From Clostridia bacterium (GTDB lineage: Bacteria; Bacillota; Clostridia; Oscillospirales; CAG-272), in NCBI GenBank assembly GCA_017456625.1, contig JAFTJB010000140.1:1-54657 (forward strand): DNA of 54,657 bases, given 5' to 3'. Of the stretch, positions 26,941 through 36,526 are shown one piece after another. Made by a program: the position numbers and the translations under genes. Every line of letters starts with the position of its first letter. Position 1 is the first letter of the stretch. The notes under the pieces were generated by a model. The model worked only from the letters and a program-made list of their open reading frames with translations, was not told where the DNA came from and did not search any database.

Positions 26941-28083
26941 TCAGACCTCCGTTAAGATGCTTCCGTTGTCGGCGGAGCGATATGCGGCATCCATGACCGC
27001 TTGCACGTAGGCGCCGTCCGCGAGAGAGGGAGAAAACGCGCGTCCCTCGCTGACTGCCTCCAGATATTCGTACATGCTTGAAACGTGACCGTAGAGCCAG
27101 CCTGTGGGAGCCTTGGGAGAGGGAAATACCATCTTTGGATAACGGCCGACACACTCGATCTTGGTAAAGCCGCGGTCACCGCCGAGCGGCGCCTCATGTC
27201 TTTCGGTGTCGTAGAACCAAAGGTAATCGGGCTCCATTAAGGAGAAGCGCAAAGCCCCCTTTTCGCCGTAGATCGTGTAGGACAGCTCGTCGTTCGTGCC
27301 GACCTGAAGCTTACCGACCTGCACGGTGCCGTGCGCGCCCTGCTCGGTTTTGCATAGCATATAAAACGCCTCGTCCGCGTTGGTCTTCCATTCGCCACCG
27401 TCACGACCCGCACGGGTAGGATAGGCGATCTGCGCCATTCCGCTGACCTGCGAGATCTTTCCGCAGAGGAAGGAGATGAGATCGATGACGTGAGAGCCGA
27501 GATCAAAGAGAACGCCTCCGCCGCATACGTCGCGATCCTGCTTCCAGCCCGCATTCTTTTTTGTGTCGGTGGCACTGCTGTGGAGATACTCTGCGTGGAA
27601 GCTCAAAATTCTGCCGAGCCGTCCCTCCTCCATAAGCTCCTTGGCGCGCATGGTAGCAGAGAGCCAACGATTGTTAAAGACCATGCCGCAGACCTGTCCC
27701 TCCCTTTGCGGGATGGCGAGGATCTCTTTTGCCTCGGCAGGGGAGATGCAGAGCGGCTTTTCGCAGAGCACGTGCTTGCCCGCCGCGATCGCCTTTTTGA
27801 GTGCGTCAAGGTGGCAGACGTTCGGAGTACAGATATCGATAACGTCGATATCGGGATGATGGATGAGTACGTCGGGATCGTCGGTCGCGATGGGAATGTG
27901 ATATTGGTGTGCCACCGTTTTGGATTTTTCCATGCTTGTGGTACAAACGCCCGTGACCGATGCCGAAAAGGGAAGATCGCCGTAAAAAAAGGGGAGATTG
28001 TTGACGGCGTAGAGATGGGTCTTTCCCATCGCTCCAAATCCAAGCAAGCCGATATGCAATTGTTTTTTGTTTTCGGATGTCAT
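26941..28083 (-). CDS. Gfo/Idh/MocA family oxidoreductase
   Basis: GFGAMG, ICTPN..H, GKHVLCEKP, GGGVLFDLGSH; start at MTSENKK (upstream extension in the ORF track runs through promoter DNA). Confidence 0.9.
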   Translation of the reverse strand: MTSENKKQLHIGLLGFGAMGKTHLYAVNNLPFFYGDLPFSASVTGVCTTSMEKSKTVAHQYHIPIATDDPDVLIHHPDIDVIDICTPNVCHLDALKKAIAAGKHVLCEKPLCISPAEAKEILAIPQREGQVCGMVFNNRWLSATMRAKELMEEGRLGRILSFHAEYLHSSATDTKKNAGWKQDRDVCGGGVLFDLGSHVIDLISFLCGKISQVSGMAQIAYPTRAGRDGGEWKTNADEAFYMLCKTEQGAHGTVQVGKLQVGTNDELSYTIYGEKGALRFSLMEPDYLWFYDTERHEAPLGGDRGFTKIECVGRYPKMVFPSPKAPTGWLYGHVSSMYEYLEAVSEGRAFSPSLADGAYVQAVMDAAYRSADNGSILTEV

Positions 28084-28158
28084 GGTTGTATTCTTCCTTT
28101 CGGGGGTGTTTTTCGTATTGTTTGCCGCAGGAGCGGAAAATATAACAACACTACTTCT

Positions 28159-28258
28159 ATTATATATCATTTTCTTTCTTTTTGCAAGGGGATTTTCATC
28201 ATTCTGCGCATTTTTTCCCCATTTGCGTATTGCATTTTCAGCGGAAACCGAGTATAAT
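28159..28258. promoter_or_regulatory. Divergent sigma-A promoters for the Gfo..topoisomerase run (-) and murB-whiA (+)
   Basis: Minus: TTGCAA (28182-28187), 17 nt, TATAAT (28159-28164). Plus: TTGCAT (28230-28235), 17 nt, TATAAT (28253-28258). Confidence 0.7.
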
Positions 28259-28291
28259 GTATATAGACATGAAAAGATGGGAGGATCGACG

Positions 28292-29191
28292 GTGGAAAAG
28301 CTGGTTTGTGCATTGCGGGAGCGTGGGATCGACACGAGAGAGTCCTGCTCTTTGGTACAATTCAATACCTTCCGCGTAGGCGGTCGTGCGCGCGTTGCCG
28401 TATTTCCGCATACACGCGAGGAGCTGATCGATTGTCTGGCTCTCTCAAGCGAGGCGGGGGTGCGCTACGCGGTGTTTGGAAACGCCAGCAACGTCGTTTT
28501 TTCGGACAGCGGATTTGACGGAGTCGTCATTTTTACCTTTGCCTGCCGCGCGGTCTCTGTGGACGGGAACGCGATCATTGCCGATGCGGGCGTACCGCTC
28601 GGTAAGATCTCTATTCTCGCACAGGAAAACGGACTGGTTGGTGCGGAATTTCTCTATGGAATTCCCGGGACGGTCGGCGGCGGAGTGTTTATGAACGCGG
28701 GAGCGTTTGGCAGTAGCATCGAAGGGATCTGTGCGGAGACCGAGTATTGGAATCCGCAAACGGGTAAGATCGAACGGCTTTGCGGCGCGGAGCACGAATT
28801 TGAATACCGAACGAGCGCGTATGCAAAGCATCCGGAGCGCATCCTTGTCGGAGCGCGCTTTGTAATGGATGGCGGTGACCGTGCGGAAAGCCGACGGAAA
28901 ATGGATGATTTCATGGCGCGCAGACGAAATACGCAGCCTTTGGATCTGCCGAGCGCGGGAAGCGTGTTCAAGCGTCCCGAGGGATATTTCGCGGGAAAGC
29001 TGATCGAGGATTGCGGATTGAAGGGCTATACGGTCGGCGGTGCGCAGGTCTCCCAAAAGCACGCGGGCTTTATCGTGAATATCGGCGGCGCGACCGCGAT
29101 GGATATCAAAAGATTGGTACGGGATATCCGTGCCGAGGTTTTGCAATCGTTCGGAGTGAATTTGGAATGTGAGATCAGATTTATCGATTAA
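28292..29191 (+). CDS. murB: UDP-N-acetylenolpyruvoylglucosamine reductase
   Basis: TFRVGG, GNASNV, GIPGTVGG..MNAGAFG, YRTS, QPLDLPSAGSVFKRP, VSQKHAGFIVN, LECE; GTG start after GGAGG. Confidence 0.95.
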   Translation: MEKLVCALRERGIDTRESCSLVQFNTFRVGGRARVAVFPHTREELIDCLALSSEAGVRYAVFGNASNVVFSDSGFDGVVIFTFACRAVSVDGNAIIADAGVPLGKISILAQENGLVGAEFLYGIPGTVGGGVFMNAGAFGSSIEGICAETEYWNPQTGKIERLCGAEHEFEYRTSAYAKHPERILVGARFVMDGGDRAESRRKMDDFMARRRNTQPLDLPSAGSVFKRPEGYFAGKLIEDCGLKGYTVGGAQVSQKHAGFIVNIGGATAMDIKRLVRDIRAEVLQSFGVNLECEIRFID

Positions 29192-29211
29192 AGAGAAAGG
29201 AGGGAGAAGGG

Positions 29212-30096
29212 ATGACCTTTGCGGAAAAGCTCCGTGCCGAGTTGGCGACGGTTACCGTAAAGCCGAATTGCTGCAGACGTGCTTTGGCAGAAGGACTTTT
29301 GCTGGGCGCGGAGATCGACGGACAACGTCAGATCCACGTGCGCTATACGCAGGAGGCTGTCGCGGAGCTTGCGGTGGAGATTCTTTCACGTCAGTACGGC
29401 AAGGCTCCCGAGGTCACGCAATGGGGAAAATGCGGACACCGATATTGGGATCTTTCTCTCTCCGCCCCCTCCTGCCTTAAATATCTCCGCTCGCTGGATG
29501 CGGAGGATGCGTGTGTGGATTCGGTATTCCATTTTCAATGCGACGCGTGCCGAAGCGTATTTTTGCGAGGCGTGTTTTTGGCGGTGGGAACGGTGAGTGA
29601 TCCGCACAAATCCTTCCATTTGGAGTTCAAGCTGCCACATGCGCGGATGCGTCTCCTTTCGGCATTCCTTACCGAAATGAGCTATCCCGCAAGGACGGTT
29701 ACACGCAACGGACAAGCGGGGATCTACTATAAGGATAGCTCGTCCATTGAGGAGCTTGTTACGGTGATGGGCTCGGGAACGGGTATTTTTGAGATCATGA
29801 ACAGCCGTATCGAGCGCGAGATCAGAAACAATGAAAACCGTGCGACGAACTGTGTCGCGAGAAATATCGAAAAGACGATCGCCGCCGCGACAAGGCATAT
29901 CGAGGCGATCAACAAGCTCATGGAGGCAGGAAAATTGGAGTCCCTGCCCGAGGCATTGCAGGAGACCGCGCGGCAACGCTACGCCAACCCCGATGCATCC
30001 CTTGATGAGCTTGTGGCGATCCACGTTCCCTCTATCTCAAAGTCGGGGCTCAATCACCGCCTCCAAAAGATCATGGAAGCGGCAGACGAAATCTAA
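29212..30096 (+). CDS. whiA: DNA-binding protein WhiA
   Basis: FLRGVFLAVGTVSDPHKSFHLEF, RNNENRATNC..NIEKT, R..NPDASLDEL, ISKSGLNHRL. Confidence 0.9.
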   Translation: MTFAEKLRAELATVTVKPNCCRRALAEGLLLGAEIDGQRQIHVRYTQEAVAELAVEILSRQYGKAPEVTQWGKCGHRYWDLSLSAPSCLKYLRSLDAEDACVDSVFHFQCDACRSVFLRGVFLAVGTVSDPHKSFHLEFKLPHARMRLLSAFLTEMSYPARTVTRNGQAGIYYKDSSSIEELVTVMGSGTGIFEIMNSRIEREIRNNENRATNCVARNIEKTIAAATRHIEAINKLMEAGKLESLPEALQETARQRYANPDASLDELVAIHVPSISKSGLNHRLQKIMEAADEI

Positions 30097-30104
30097 AGGA
30101 TTTT

Positions 30105-30149
30105 TGTGGAACCTTTTTGAAAAAAGGTTCCACACCCTCAAAAACTTTC
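30105..30149 (+). repeat. REP-like hairpin+tail element, copy C
   Basis: TGTGGAACCTTTT-TGAA-AAAAGGTTCCACA then CCCTCAAAAACTTT, directly 3' of the whiA stop. Confidence 0.6.
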
Positions 30150-30278
30150 CCGAAGAAAAATCAAAAACAGATTTTGAGGTCTGTACCTCGTTTCTCGGAT
30201 ACTGCCGCGAGCATTTAGGTGTCACCACCCTAAATGCTCCACAAAATATGTTTACTATAGAACAAAGGAGATGATACC

Positions 30279-33200
30279 ATGGCAATCAAGGGCTTTGTGC
30301 ATTTGCATCTGCACAGTGAATACAGCTTGCTCGACGGTGCGTGCCGCATTGCCGAGATCCCGCGCCGCGTCAAGGAGTGCGGACAGGAGGCGGTTGCCAT
30401 TACCGACCACGGTGTTATGTACGGTGTGGTCGCGTTTGACCGTGCCTGCAGAGCCGAGGGGATCAAGCCCATTATCGGCTGTGAGGTCTACGTGGCTCCC
30501 GAATCGCGCTTTGAGAAGAGCGTGAGCGCGGACGGATATGCGGATCATCTCGTTTTGCTATGTGAGAATATGACGGGCTACCGCAACCTCATTGAGATGG
30601 TGTCGCGCTCCTTCACGGAGGGCTTTTACAACAAGCCGCGCGTGGACGAGGAGCTTTTGCGCACCCACTCCGAGGGACTGATCGCGCTTTCCGCCTGTCT
30701 TGGCGGACGGATCCCCAAATTGCTCTCCAAGGGGGACTTTGAGGGGGCGAAGGAAACGGCACGCAGATACAGCGAGCTTTTTGGTAAGGATCATTTTTAT
30801 ATTGAGATACAGGATCACGGCATCGCGGAGCAGAAGACCGTTTTGCCGATGCTTGTAAAGCTTGCGGATGCGTGTGGACTTCCGCTCGTTGCTACCAACG
30901 ACTGCCATTACGCGCGCCGACAGGATGCGGAGATGCAGGCAACGCTGATGTGTATTCAGACCAATACCACGCTCGATGCGGGTCGCCCTGCCGCGTTTGC
31001 GACCGACGAGTTCTATATCAAGGATACCAACGAAATGGAGATGATCTTCCGCGCGTATCCCGAGTCGCTCCGCAATACCGCAAAAATCGCGGAGAGATGC
31101 AACGTGGAATTCGATTTTTCTACCACATATCTCCCGAAATTTCCGTGTCCCGTCGGTACGACCGCCGTGGAGCACCTGCGCGCGCTTGCGTTCCAAGGCT
31201 TTGCGGACCGTGTGGCGCGCGGACACATCGTATTTGACACGCATACCGAGGAGGAATACCGCGAGCGGATCGAGTACGAGCTTTCTGTCATCGAGCAGAT
31301 GGGATACGCCGATTATTTTTTGATCGTGCAGGATTACGTCGCGTTTGCGAAATCCAAGGATATTCCCGTAGGACCCGGCAGAGGCTCGGGCGCGGGAAGC
31401 CTTGTTGCGTTCGCGCTTGGCATTACCGACGTGGATTCGATCAAATTCGATCTTCTGTTCGAGCGTTTTCTCAACCCCGAGCGTGTCAGTATGCCCGATA
31501 TTGATATTGATTTTTGCTACAATCGACGCGACGAGGTGATCGAGTACGTCGGTCAAAAATACGGAGCGGATCACGTCTCGCAGATCATCACCTTCGGTAC
31601 GCTTGCCGCGCGTGCGGCGATCCGTGACGTCGGACGTGTGCTCGGAATGCCTTACGGAGACGTGGACGTTGTGGCGCGTGCCGTGCCGCAGGAGTTGAAT
31701 ATCACCATTTCCATGGCACTCAAGATGCCGACCCTCAAGCAGCTCTACGAGGACAACGCGGAGGTCCGTCGCCTGGTCGATCTTGCCATGGCGATCGAGG
31801 GAATGCCGCGAAACGTTTCGATCCATGCCGCGGGCATCGTTATCACGGACAAGCCCATTTCGGATTACGTTCCGCTATCCCTCAGCAACGGTACGGTGGT
31901 CACGCAGTTTGATATGGATACCGTTGCCAAGCTTGGACTCCTCAAGTTCGATTTTCTGGCACTTCGTTATCTGACCATCATTCACGACGCCGAAACGCAG
32001 ATCAAAGAAAGCGAGCCGGATTTCGACATTGAAAAGCTTCCGCTCGACGATGCGGCAACCTATAAGCTTATTTCGTCGGGTAAAACGGCAGGTGTGTTCC
32101 AATTGGAGTCGGGAGGCATGCGGCAGATGCTGATGAATCTCGCACCCTCGCGCTTTGACGATATCATTGCGGCGATCGCGCTCTACCGCCCGGGACCGAT
32201 GGATTCCATCCCCACGTTCATTGAGTGTCGCCACCACCCGGAGCGGGTGAAATACGCAACTCCCGCCTTAGAGCCCATCCTTTCCTCGACCTACGGCTGT
32301 GTGGTCTATCAGGAGCAGGTCATGAGTATTTTTCGCGAGATCGGTGGATATACCTTCGGTCATGCGGACGTTGTTCGCCGTGCCATGTCCAAAAAGAAGG
32401 CAGACGTGCTTTTGGCGGAGCGGGATGCCTTTGAGAGTGGTGCTGTGGAGCGCGGGATCGACAGAGAGATCGCTTCCGAGCTCTTTACCGATATGGAGAG
32501 CTTTGCGAATTACGCATTCAATAAGTCGCACGCGGCGGCGTATGCGGTCATTTCCTACCGCACCGCGTATCTCAAGCAGCACTATCCGCGTGAGTATTTT
32601 TCCGCGCTTCTCACAAGCGTGCTCGGCAATCAGACTAAGGTTGCGGAGTATATCAACGAGTGCTCGCAGCGCGGTATTCGCGTTCTTCCGCCCGACATCA
32701 ACGAGAGCCGTATGCTCTTTTCGGTCTGCGGAAAGGATATTCGCTTCGGTCTTTTGGCGGTCAAGAACGTCGGACGGCAGTTTTTGCAGCAGATTTTGAG
32801 CGAGCGCAAATTCCGTCCGTTTACCTCGTTTGACGATTTCCTCAGCCGTATGTCGGCGGGAGATCTTAACAAACGAATGATGGAGTCGCTCATCAAATCG
32901 GGTACCTTCGATAATCTCGGCATCTATCGCAGTCAGCTTTTGGCGGTCTATGAGCAGATGATCGACCGCGCCGCGGAGAAGGGAAAGAACAACCTCGAGG
33001 GTCAGCTTGATATGTTCTCCGCGCTTGGAATGGTCGAGGAGGCACCGCGCGTGGAATATCCCAACATCCCCGAGCTTGGCGTGCGCGAAAAGCTTTTGAT
33101 GGAGCGCGATGCCACGGGAATGTATTTTTCGGGTCAGATGCTGGATGAATACGGAAAGCACATCAAGCTCCTGCGCCCGCATCCACTCTCCGAGCTCCTT

Positions 33201-33821
33201 TCGGAGGAGGTTGAGCTTGTGGACAAGCAGAGGATCGAGGTCGCGGGCATCATTGGCGCCGTATCGGTCAAGAATACCCGAAACGGCGATCGCATGGCGT
33301 TCTTTACCATCGAGGATCGCTTCGGTGAGGTGGAATGCATTGCCTTTTCGCGCGTATTTGGCGAAAATACGCACCTCATCCGTACCGATAGTGCGGTTTG
33401 GGTGAGCGGAAGTGTGTCCTTGCGTGAGGACGAGGCACCAAAGATCCTTGTCAACCGCATGGAGCCCTTGATTGAGGACAGCCGATTCCGTGAGGATGCT
33501 GCCACAAAGCTTTCATATAACGCACCGAAAGCGGAAGGGGAGAAGAGAAATGAGCAAAAAGCGCAAGCCTCCAAGCCTGCAGCGGGAGAGGTTACGATTG
33601 CAAAGGCGCGCAGACTCTTCCTTCGTGTACCGAATTTGCGCGATGAGCCTTACGTCAAGGCGCTCAATCTCTGTCAGATCTTTGAGGGCGAGTTCCCCGT
33701 ATTCTTCTTTGATGCGGAGAACGCAAAATATGCCACCGAGCCTATCGGGGTTGATATGAGTCCCTACGTTTTGCGTGAATTGCAAACGTTACTTGGTAAG
33801 GAAAACGTAATTTTGAAGTGA
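30279..33821 (+). CDS. dnaE: DNA polymerase III subunit alpha
   Basis: FVHLHLHSEYSLLDG PHP domain, GPGRGSGAGS, FERFLNPERVSMPDIDIDF, YAFNKSH, C-terminal OB fold. Confidence 0.97.
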   Translation: MAIKGFVHLHLHSEYSLLDGACRIAEIPRRVKECGQEAVAITDHGVMYGVVAFDRACRAEGIKPIIGCEVYVAPESRFEKSVSADGYADHLVLLCENMTGYRNLIEMVSRSFTEGFYNKPRVDEELLRTHSEGLIALSACLGGRIPKLLSKGDFEGAKETARRYSELFGKDHFYIEIQDHGIAEQKTVLPMLVKLADACGLPLVATNDCHYARRQDAEMQATLMCIQTNTTLDAGRPAAFATDEFYIKDTNEMEMIFRAYPESLRNTAKIAERCNVEFDFSTTYLPKFPCPVGTTAVEHLRALAFQGFADRVARGHIVFDTHTEEEYRERIEYELSVIEQMGYADYFLIVQDYVAFAKSKDIPVGPGRGSGAGSLVAFALGITDVDSIKFDLLFERFLNPERVSMPDIDIDFCYNRRDEVIEYVGQKYGADHVSQIITFGTLAARAAIRDVGRVLGMPYGDVDVVARAVPQELNITISMALKMPTLKQLYEDNAEVRRLVDLAMAIEGMPRNVSIHAAGIVITDKPISDYVPLSLSNGTVVTQFDMDTVAKLGLLKFDFLALRYLTIIHDAETQIKESEPDFDIEKLPLDDAATYKLISSGKTAGVFQLESGGMRQMLMNLAPSRFDDIIAAIALYRPGPMDSIPTFIECRHHPERVKYATPALEPILSSTYGCVVYQEQVMSIFREIGGYTFGHADVVRRAMSKKKADVLLAERDAFESGAVERGIDREIASELFTDMESFANYAFNKSHAAAYAVISYRTAYLKQHYPREYFSALLTSVLGNQTKVAEYINECSQRGIRVLPPDINESRMLFSVCGKDIRFGLLAVKNVGRQFLQQILSERKFRPFTSFDDFLSRMSAGDLNKRMMESLIKSGTFDNLGIYRSQLLAVYEQMIDRAAEKGKNNLEGQLDMFSALGMVEEAPRVEYPNIPELGVREKLLMERDATGMYFSGQMLDEYGKHIKLLRPHPLSELLSEEVELVDKQRIEVAGIIGAVSVKNTRNGDRMAFFTIEDRFGEVECIAFSRVFGENTHLIRTDSAVWVSGSVSLREDEAPKILVNRMEPLIEDSRFREDAATKLSYNAPKAEGEKRNEQKAQASKPAAGEVTIAKARRLFLRVPNLRDEPYVKALNLCQIFEGEFPVFFFDAENAKYATEPIGVDMSPYVLRELQTLLGKENVILK

Positions 33822-34507
33822 GAAATATGTATAATATTGTTTTTTTAGATCTGGACGATACCATTTTTGATTTCGGCTATGCCGAGGAGCATGCGCTCAG
33901 GACTGCTTTCGCACACATTGGGATCGAGCCGACGGAGGCGCAGATGCATCTCTTCAGTGAGATCAACGATGCGCACTGGAAACGATTGGAGAGAGGCGAG
34001 CTGACACGCCGCGAGGTGCAGATCGGTCGCTTTGCCGCCTTCTTTGAGACGATTGGGATCGGAGGAGATGCGGAACAGGCAAACCGTGATTTTATGAACG
34101 CTGTTGGGGAGAGCTTTCGTTTTCTCGACGGTGCGGAGCAGCTTCTCAAAGACCTGCGCGCAAGGGGCAAACGGATGTACGTCGTTTCCAACGCGAGCCG
34201 TTCCGTGCAGATGAAGAGACTTGAAAAAGCAGGAATTTTGAATACGTTTGACGGCATTTTTCTCTCGGAGGATCTCGGTGTGCAAAAGCCCGAGCGATTG
34301 TTTTTTGAGAAATGCTTTGCAAGGGTTTCAGATATGAAACTTGATCAGTCGATCATTCTCGGAGACAGTCTGACCTCGGATATTCTCGGTGGTATCCGTG
34401 CGGGGATCGCCACCTGCTGGTACAATCCCAAGCAAAAGAAGGGGAGAGAGGACATTGTTCCAAGCTTTGAGATCGGACATCTTTCCGAATTTCTCAATCT
34501 GATATAA
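33818..34507 (+). CDS. YjjG-like HAD-superfamily nucleotidase
   Basis: DLDDTIFDF, VSNA, QKP, GDSLTSDILGG. Confidence 0.9.
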   Translation: MRNMYNIVFLDLDDTIFDFGYAEEHALRTAFAHIGIEPTEAQMHLFSEINDAHWKRLERGELTRREVQIGRFAAFFETIGIGGDAEQANRDFMNAVGESFRFLDGAEQLLKDLRARGKRMYVVSNASRSVQMKRLEKAGILNTFDGIFLSEDLGVQKPERLFFEKCFARVSDMKLDQSIILGDSLTSDILGGIRAGIATCWYNPKQKKGREDIVPSFEIGHLSEFLNLI

Positions 34508-34522
34508 TTTCAGAAAAAGTAT

Positions 34523-34559
34523 AAAAAAGAGCCTTTTTCAGCGAAAAAGGCTCTTTTTT
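34523..34559. terminator. Bidirectional terminator
   Basis: AAAAAAGAGCCTTTTTC-AGC-GAAAAAGGCTCTTTTTT between convergent genes. Confidence 0.85.
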
Positions 34560-34582
34560 GAGATCTTATCTTATAATAATTC

Positions 34583-36517
34583 TTATTCTTCTTCTAATAT
34601 CTCGTATAATTCGAGCAGGCGCTCCTCTAATTCAGACTTGCGTTTGTCAAGCTCCGCAACGCGAACGTAGTTGGTCATGGCGGAGCCGAACAGCTCCTCG
34701 TCAATGCGCTCGAGCTCTGCCTCGATCTCGGCGCTTTCGCGTTTTGCACGTTCAATTTGTGACTTCTTTTTTCGTGCCTCGGCAGCCGCTTGCTTGTTTT
34801 TGAGGTATTGCTCTTTATTGGAGTTAGCGACATGAAACTGTTGCGTGCGCTCCGTGTCGGTGAGTCGTTCTGCCTCGCGAGCCGCCTTGTATTCCATGAA
34901 TTCCGTATAGCCTCGACCGATGTGCTCGATCCCAAAATCCAGCAGATCCCCGGGGAATGCCGCGCCGGGCTTGAGCTGAAGGATGCGCGTTGCCAGCTTG
35001 TCGATCAGATAGCGGTCGTGCGAGACGGTGATGATCGTACCGCCAAACTGTGAGAGCGCATTCTCAAGCGCCTCGCGCGAGTCGATGTCAAGATGGTTGG
35101 TCGGCTCGTCGAGCACCAAAAGATTCATTTTGGAGAGGATCAGCTTTGCCATGGTCAGGCGTGCGCGCTCGCCGCCACTGAGGACGGAGACCGATTTGAA
35201 CACGCTCTCGCCCGTAAAGCGGAACAAGGCAAGCGTGTTTCGTACCTCTGTTTCGGTCATGGTAGGGTAGGCGTTCCAAAGCTCGTCCAAAACCGTGTTC
35301 GCGGGGTCGAGATTTTGATTTTCCTGATCGTAATAGCCGATCTCGACGTTGTAGCCGCGCTCGATCACGCCGCTTTGCGGGATCAGCTGCTCCAAAATCA
35401 GCTTAATAAGCGTGGATTTTCCGCATCCGTTCGGACCGATGATCAGCACGCGCTCGCCTCTCTTAATTAAAAAGGAAAGATCTGAAAAAAGCGGTCGGTT
35501 GGGATACCCCATGGAGAGGTGGCGGACGTCGAGCACGTCGTTACCCGATGCAAGCGCCTCGGAGAACTGCATGCGGATCGCCCGAGGGGCATCCTGTGGG
35601 CGCTCCAGCTTTTCCATTTTGTCAAGCATCTTTTGTCGGCTTTCCGCAGCGATGATGTTGCGCTCGCGGTTCCATGCGCGCTGTTGCGCGATATACGCCT
35701 CCTGACGCTTGATCTCCGCTTGCTGATTTTTCCAGTGTCGCTCCGCAATCTCCCGGTCGATCTCGCGTTGCGCGATGGTTTGGGAATATCCGCCCTTGTA
35801 GAGCTTTGCGCGGTGGTGCTCGATCGCAAGCGTTTTGTTGGTCACGCGGTCGAGAAAATAGCGGTCGTGAGAGATGATCATGACGCACTTGGGGTAGGCA
35901 ACGAGAAAGCTCTCGAGCCATGCAAGCGTTTCAATGTCAAGGTGGTTGGTAGGCTCGTCAAGCATAAGGATATCCGGCTCACGCGAGAGCTCGATGGCGA
36001 GTGCCAGACGGGTTCTTTGCCCTCCGCTGAGGGTCGCGACGGTCTGCGCCTGCGCATCTGCGTCAAAGCCGAGCTTTTGGAGGATCGAGGCACACCTGCC
36101 GCGAAATTCCAAGCCGCCGTCACGTACGTATTTTTCGTGCAGATCGGTGTACGCGGCAATGGTCGGCGTGTCGCTTGCGGAGTTCATCCTTTCCTCCAGC
36201 TCCTTCAGACGGCGCTCCGCGTTTAAAAGATGAGGAAATGCGTGATACATTCGGTCAATGACCGTTTCCGCCTCGTTTTGGCAGTCAAAAGCACCGTCCT
36301 GTGTCAGGATCCCAACGGTTTTGTCCTTGGAAAAATAGACACTGCCCTCGGTCGGCGCCTGCTCGCCTGTGATCAGACGGAAAAGGGTAGATTTACCGCA
36401 TCCGTTGACACCGATGATGCCGAGCTTGTCGTTTTCCTCCAGTGCAAAGCTCACCTTTTCCAAAACGGGAACCGTGCCAAAGGAGAGAGAAAGATCGTTT
36501 GCGCTGATGATAATCAT
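34583..36517 (-). CDS. ABC-F family ATP-binding protein (ribosome-associated, Uup/YdiF-like with C-terminal coiled coil)
   Basis: Two ABC domains (GVNGCGKST/LSGGQ/DEPTNHLD; GPNGCGKST/LSGGE/DEPTNHLD), no TM segments, helical linker and C-terminal coiled coil. Confidence 0.92.
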   Translation of the reverse strand: MIIISANDLSLSFGTVPVLEKVSFALEENDKLGIIGVNGCGKSTLFRLITGEQAPTEGSVYFSKDKTVGILTQDGAFDCQNEAETVIDRMYHAFPHLLNAERRLKELEERMNSASDTPTIAAYTDLHEKYVRDGGLEFRGRCASILQKLGFDADAQAQTVATLSGGQRTRLALAIELSREPDILMLDEPTNHLDIETLAWLESFLVAYPKCVMIISHDRYFLDRVTNKTLAIEHHRAKLYKGGYSQTIAQREIDREIAERHWKNQQAEIKRQEAYIAQQRAWNRERNIIAAESRQKMLDKMEKLERPQDAPRAIRMQFSEALASGNDVLDVRHLSMGYPNRPLFSDLSFLIKRGERVLIIGPNGCGKSTLIKLILEQLIPQSGVIERGYNVEIGYYDQENQNLDPANTVLDELWNAYPTMTETEVRNTLALFRFTGESVFKSVSVLSGGERARLTMAKLILSKMNLLVLDEPTNHLDIDSREALENALSQFGGTIITVSHDRYLIDKLATRILQLKPGAAFPGDLLDFGIEHIGRGYTEFMEYKAAREAERLTDTERTQQFHVANSNKEQYLKNKQAAAEARKKKSQIERAKRESAEIEAELERIDEELFGSAMTNYVRVAELDKRKSELEERLLELYEILEEE

Positions 36518-36526
36518 GGGTACTCC

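Noticed and set aside
28067-28365. Overlapping N-terminal extensions of the Gfo/Idh/MocA gene and murB in the ORF track
   Set aside because: The extensions cross the divergent promoter region; better starts with RBS are at 28083 and 28292.
30240-30265. Firmicutes SOS box upstream of dnaE (AAAATATGTTT...GAAC)
   Set aside because: Does not fit GAAC-N4-GTTC; only a half-site-like match.
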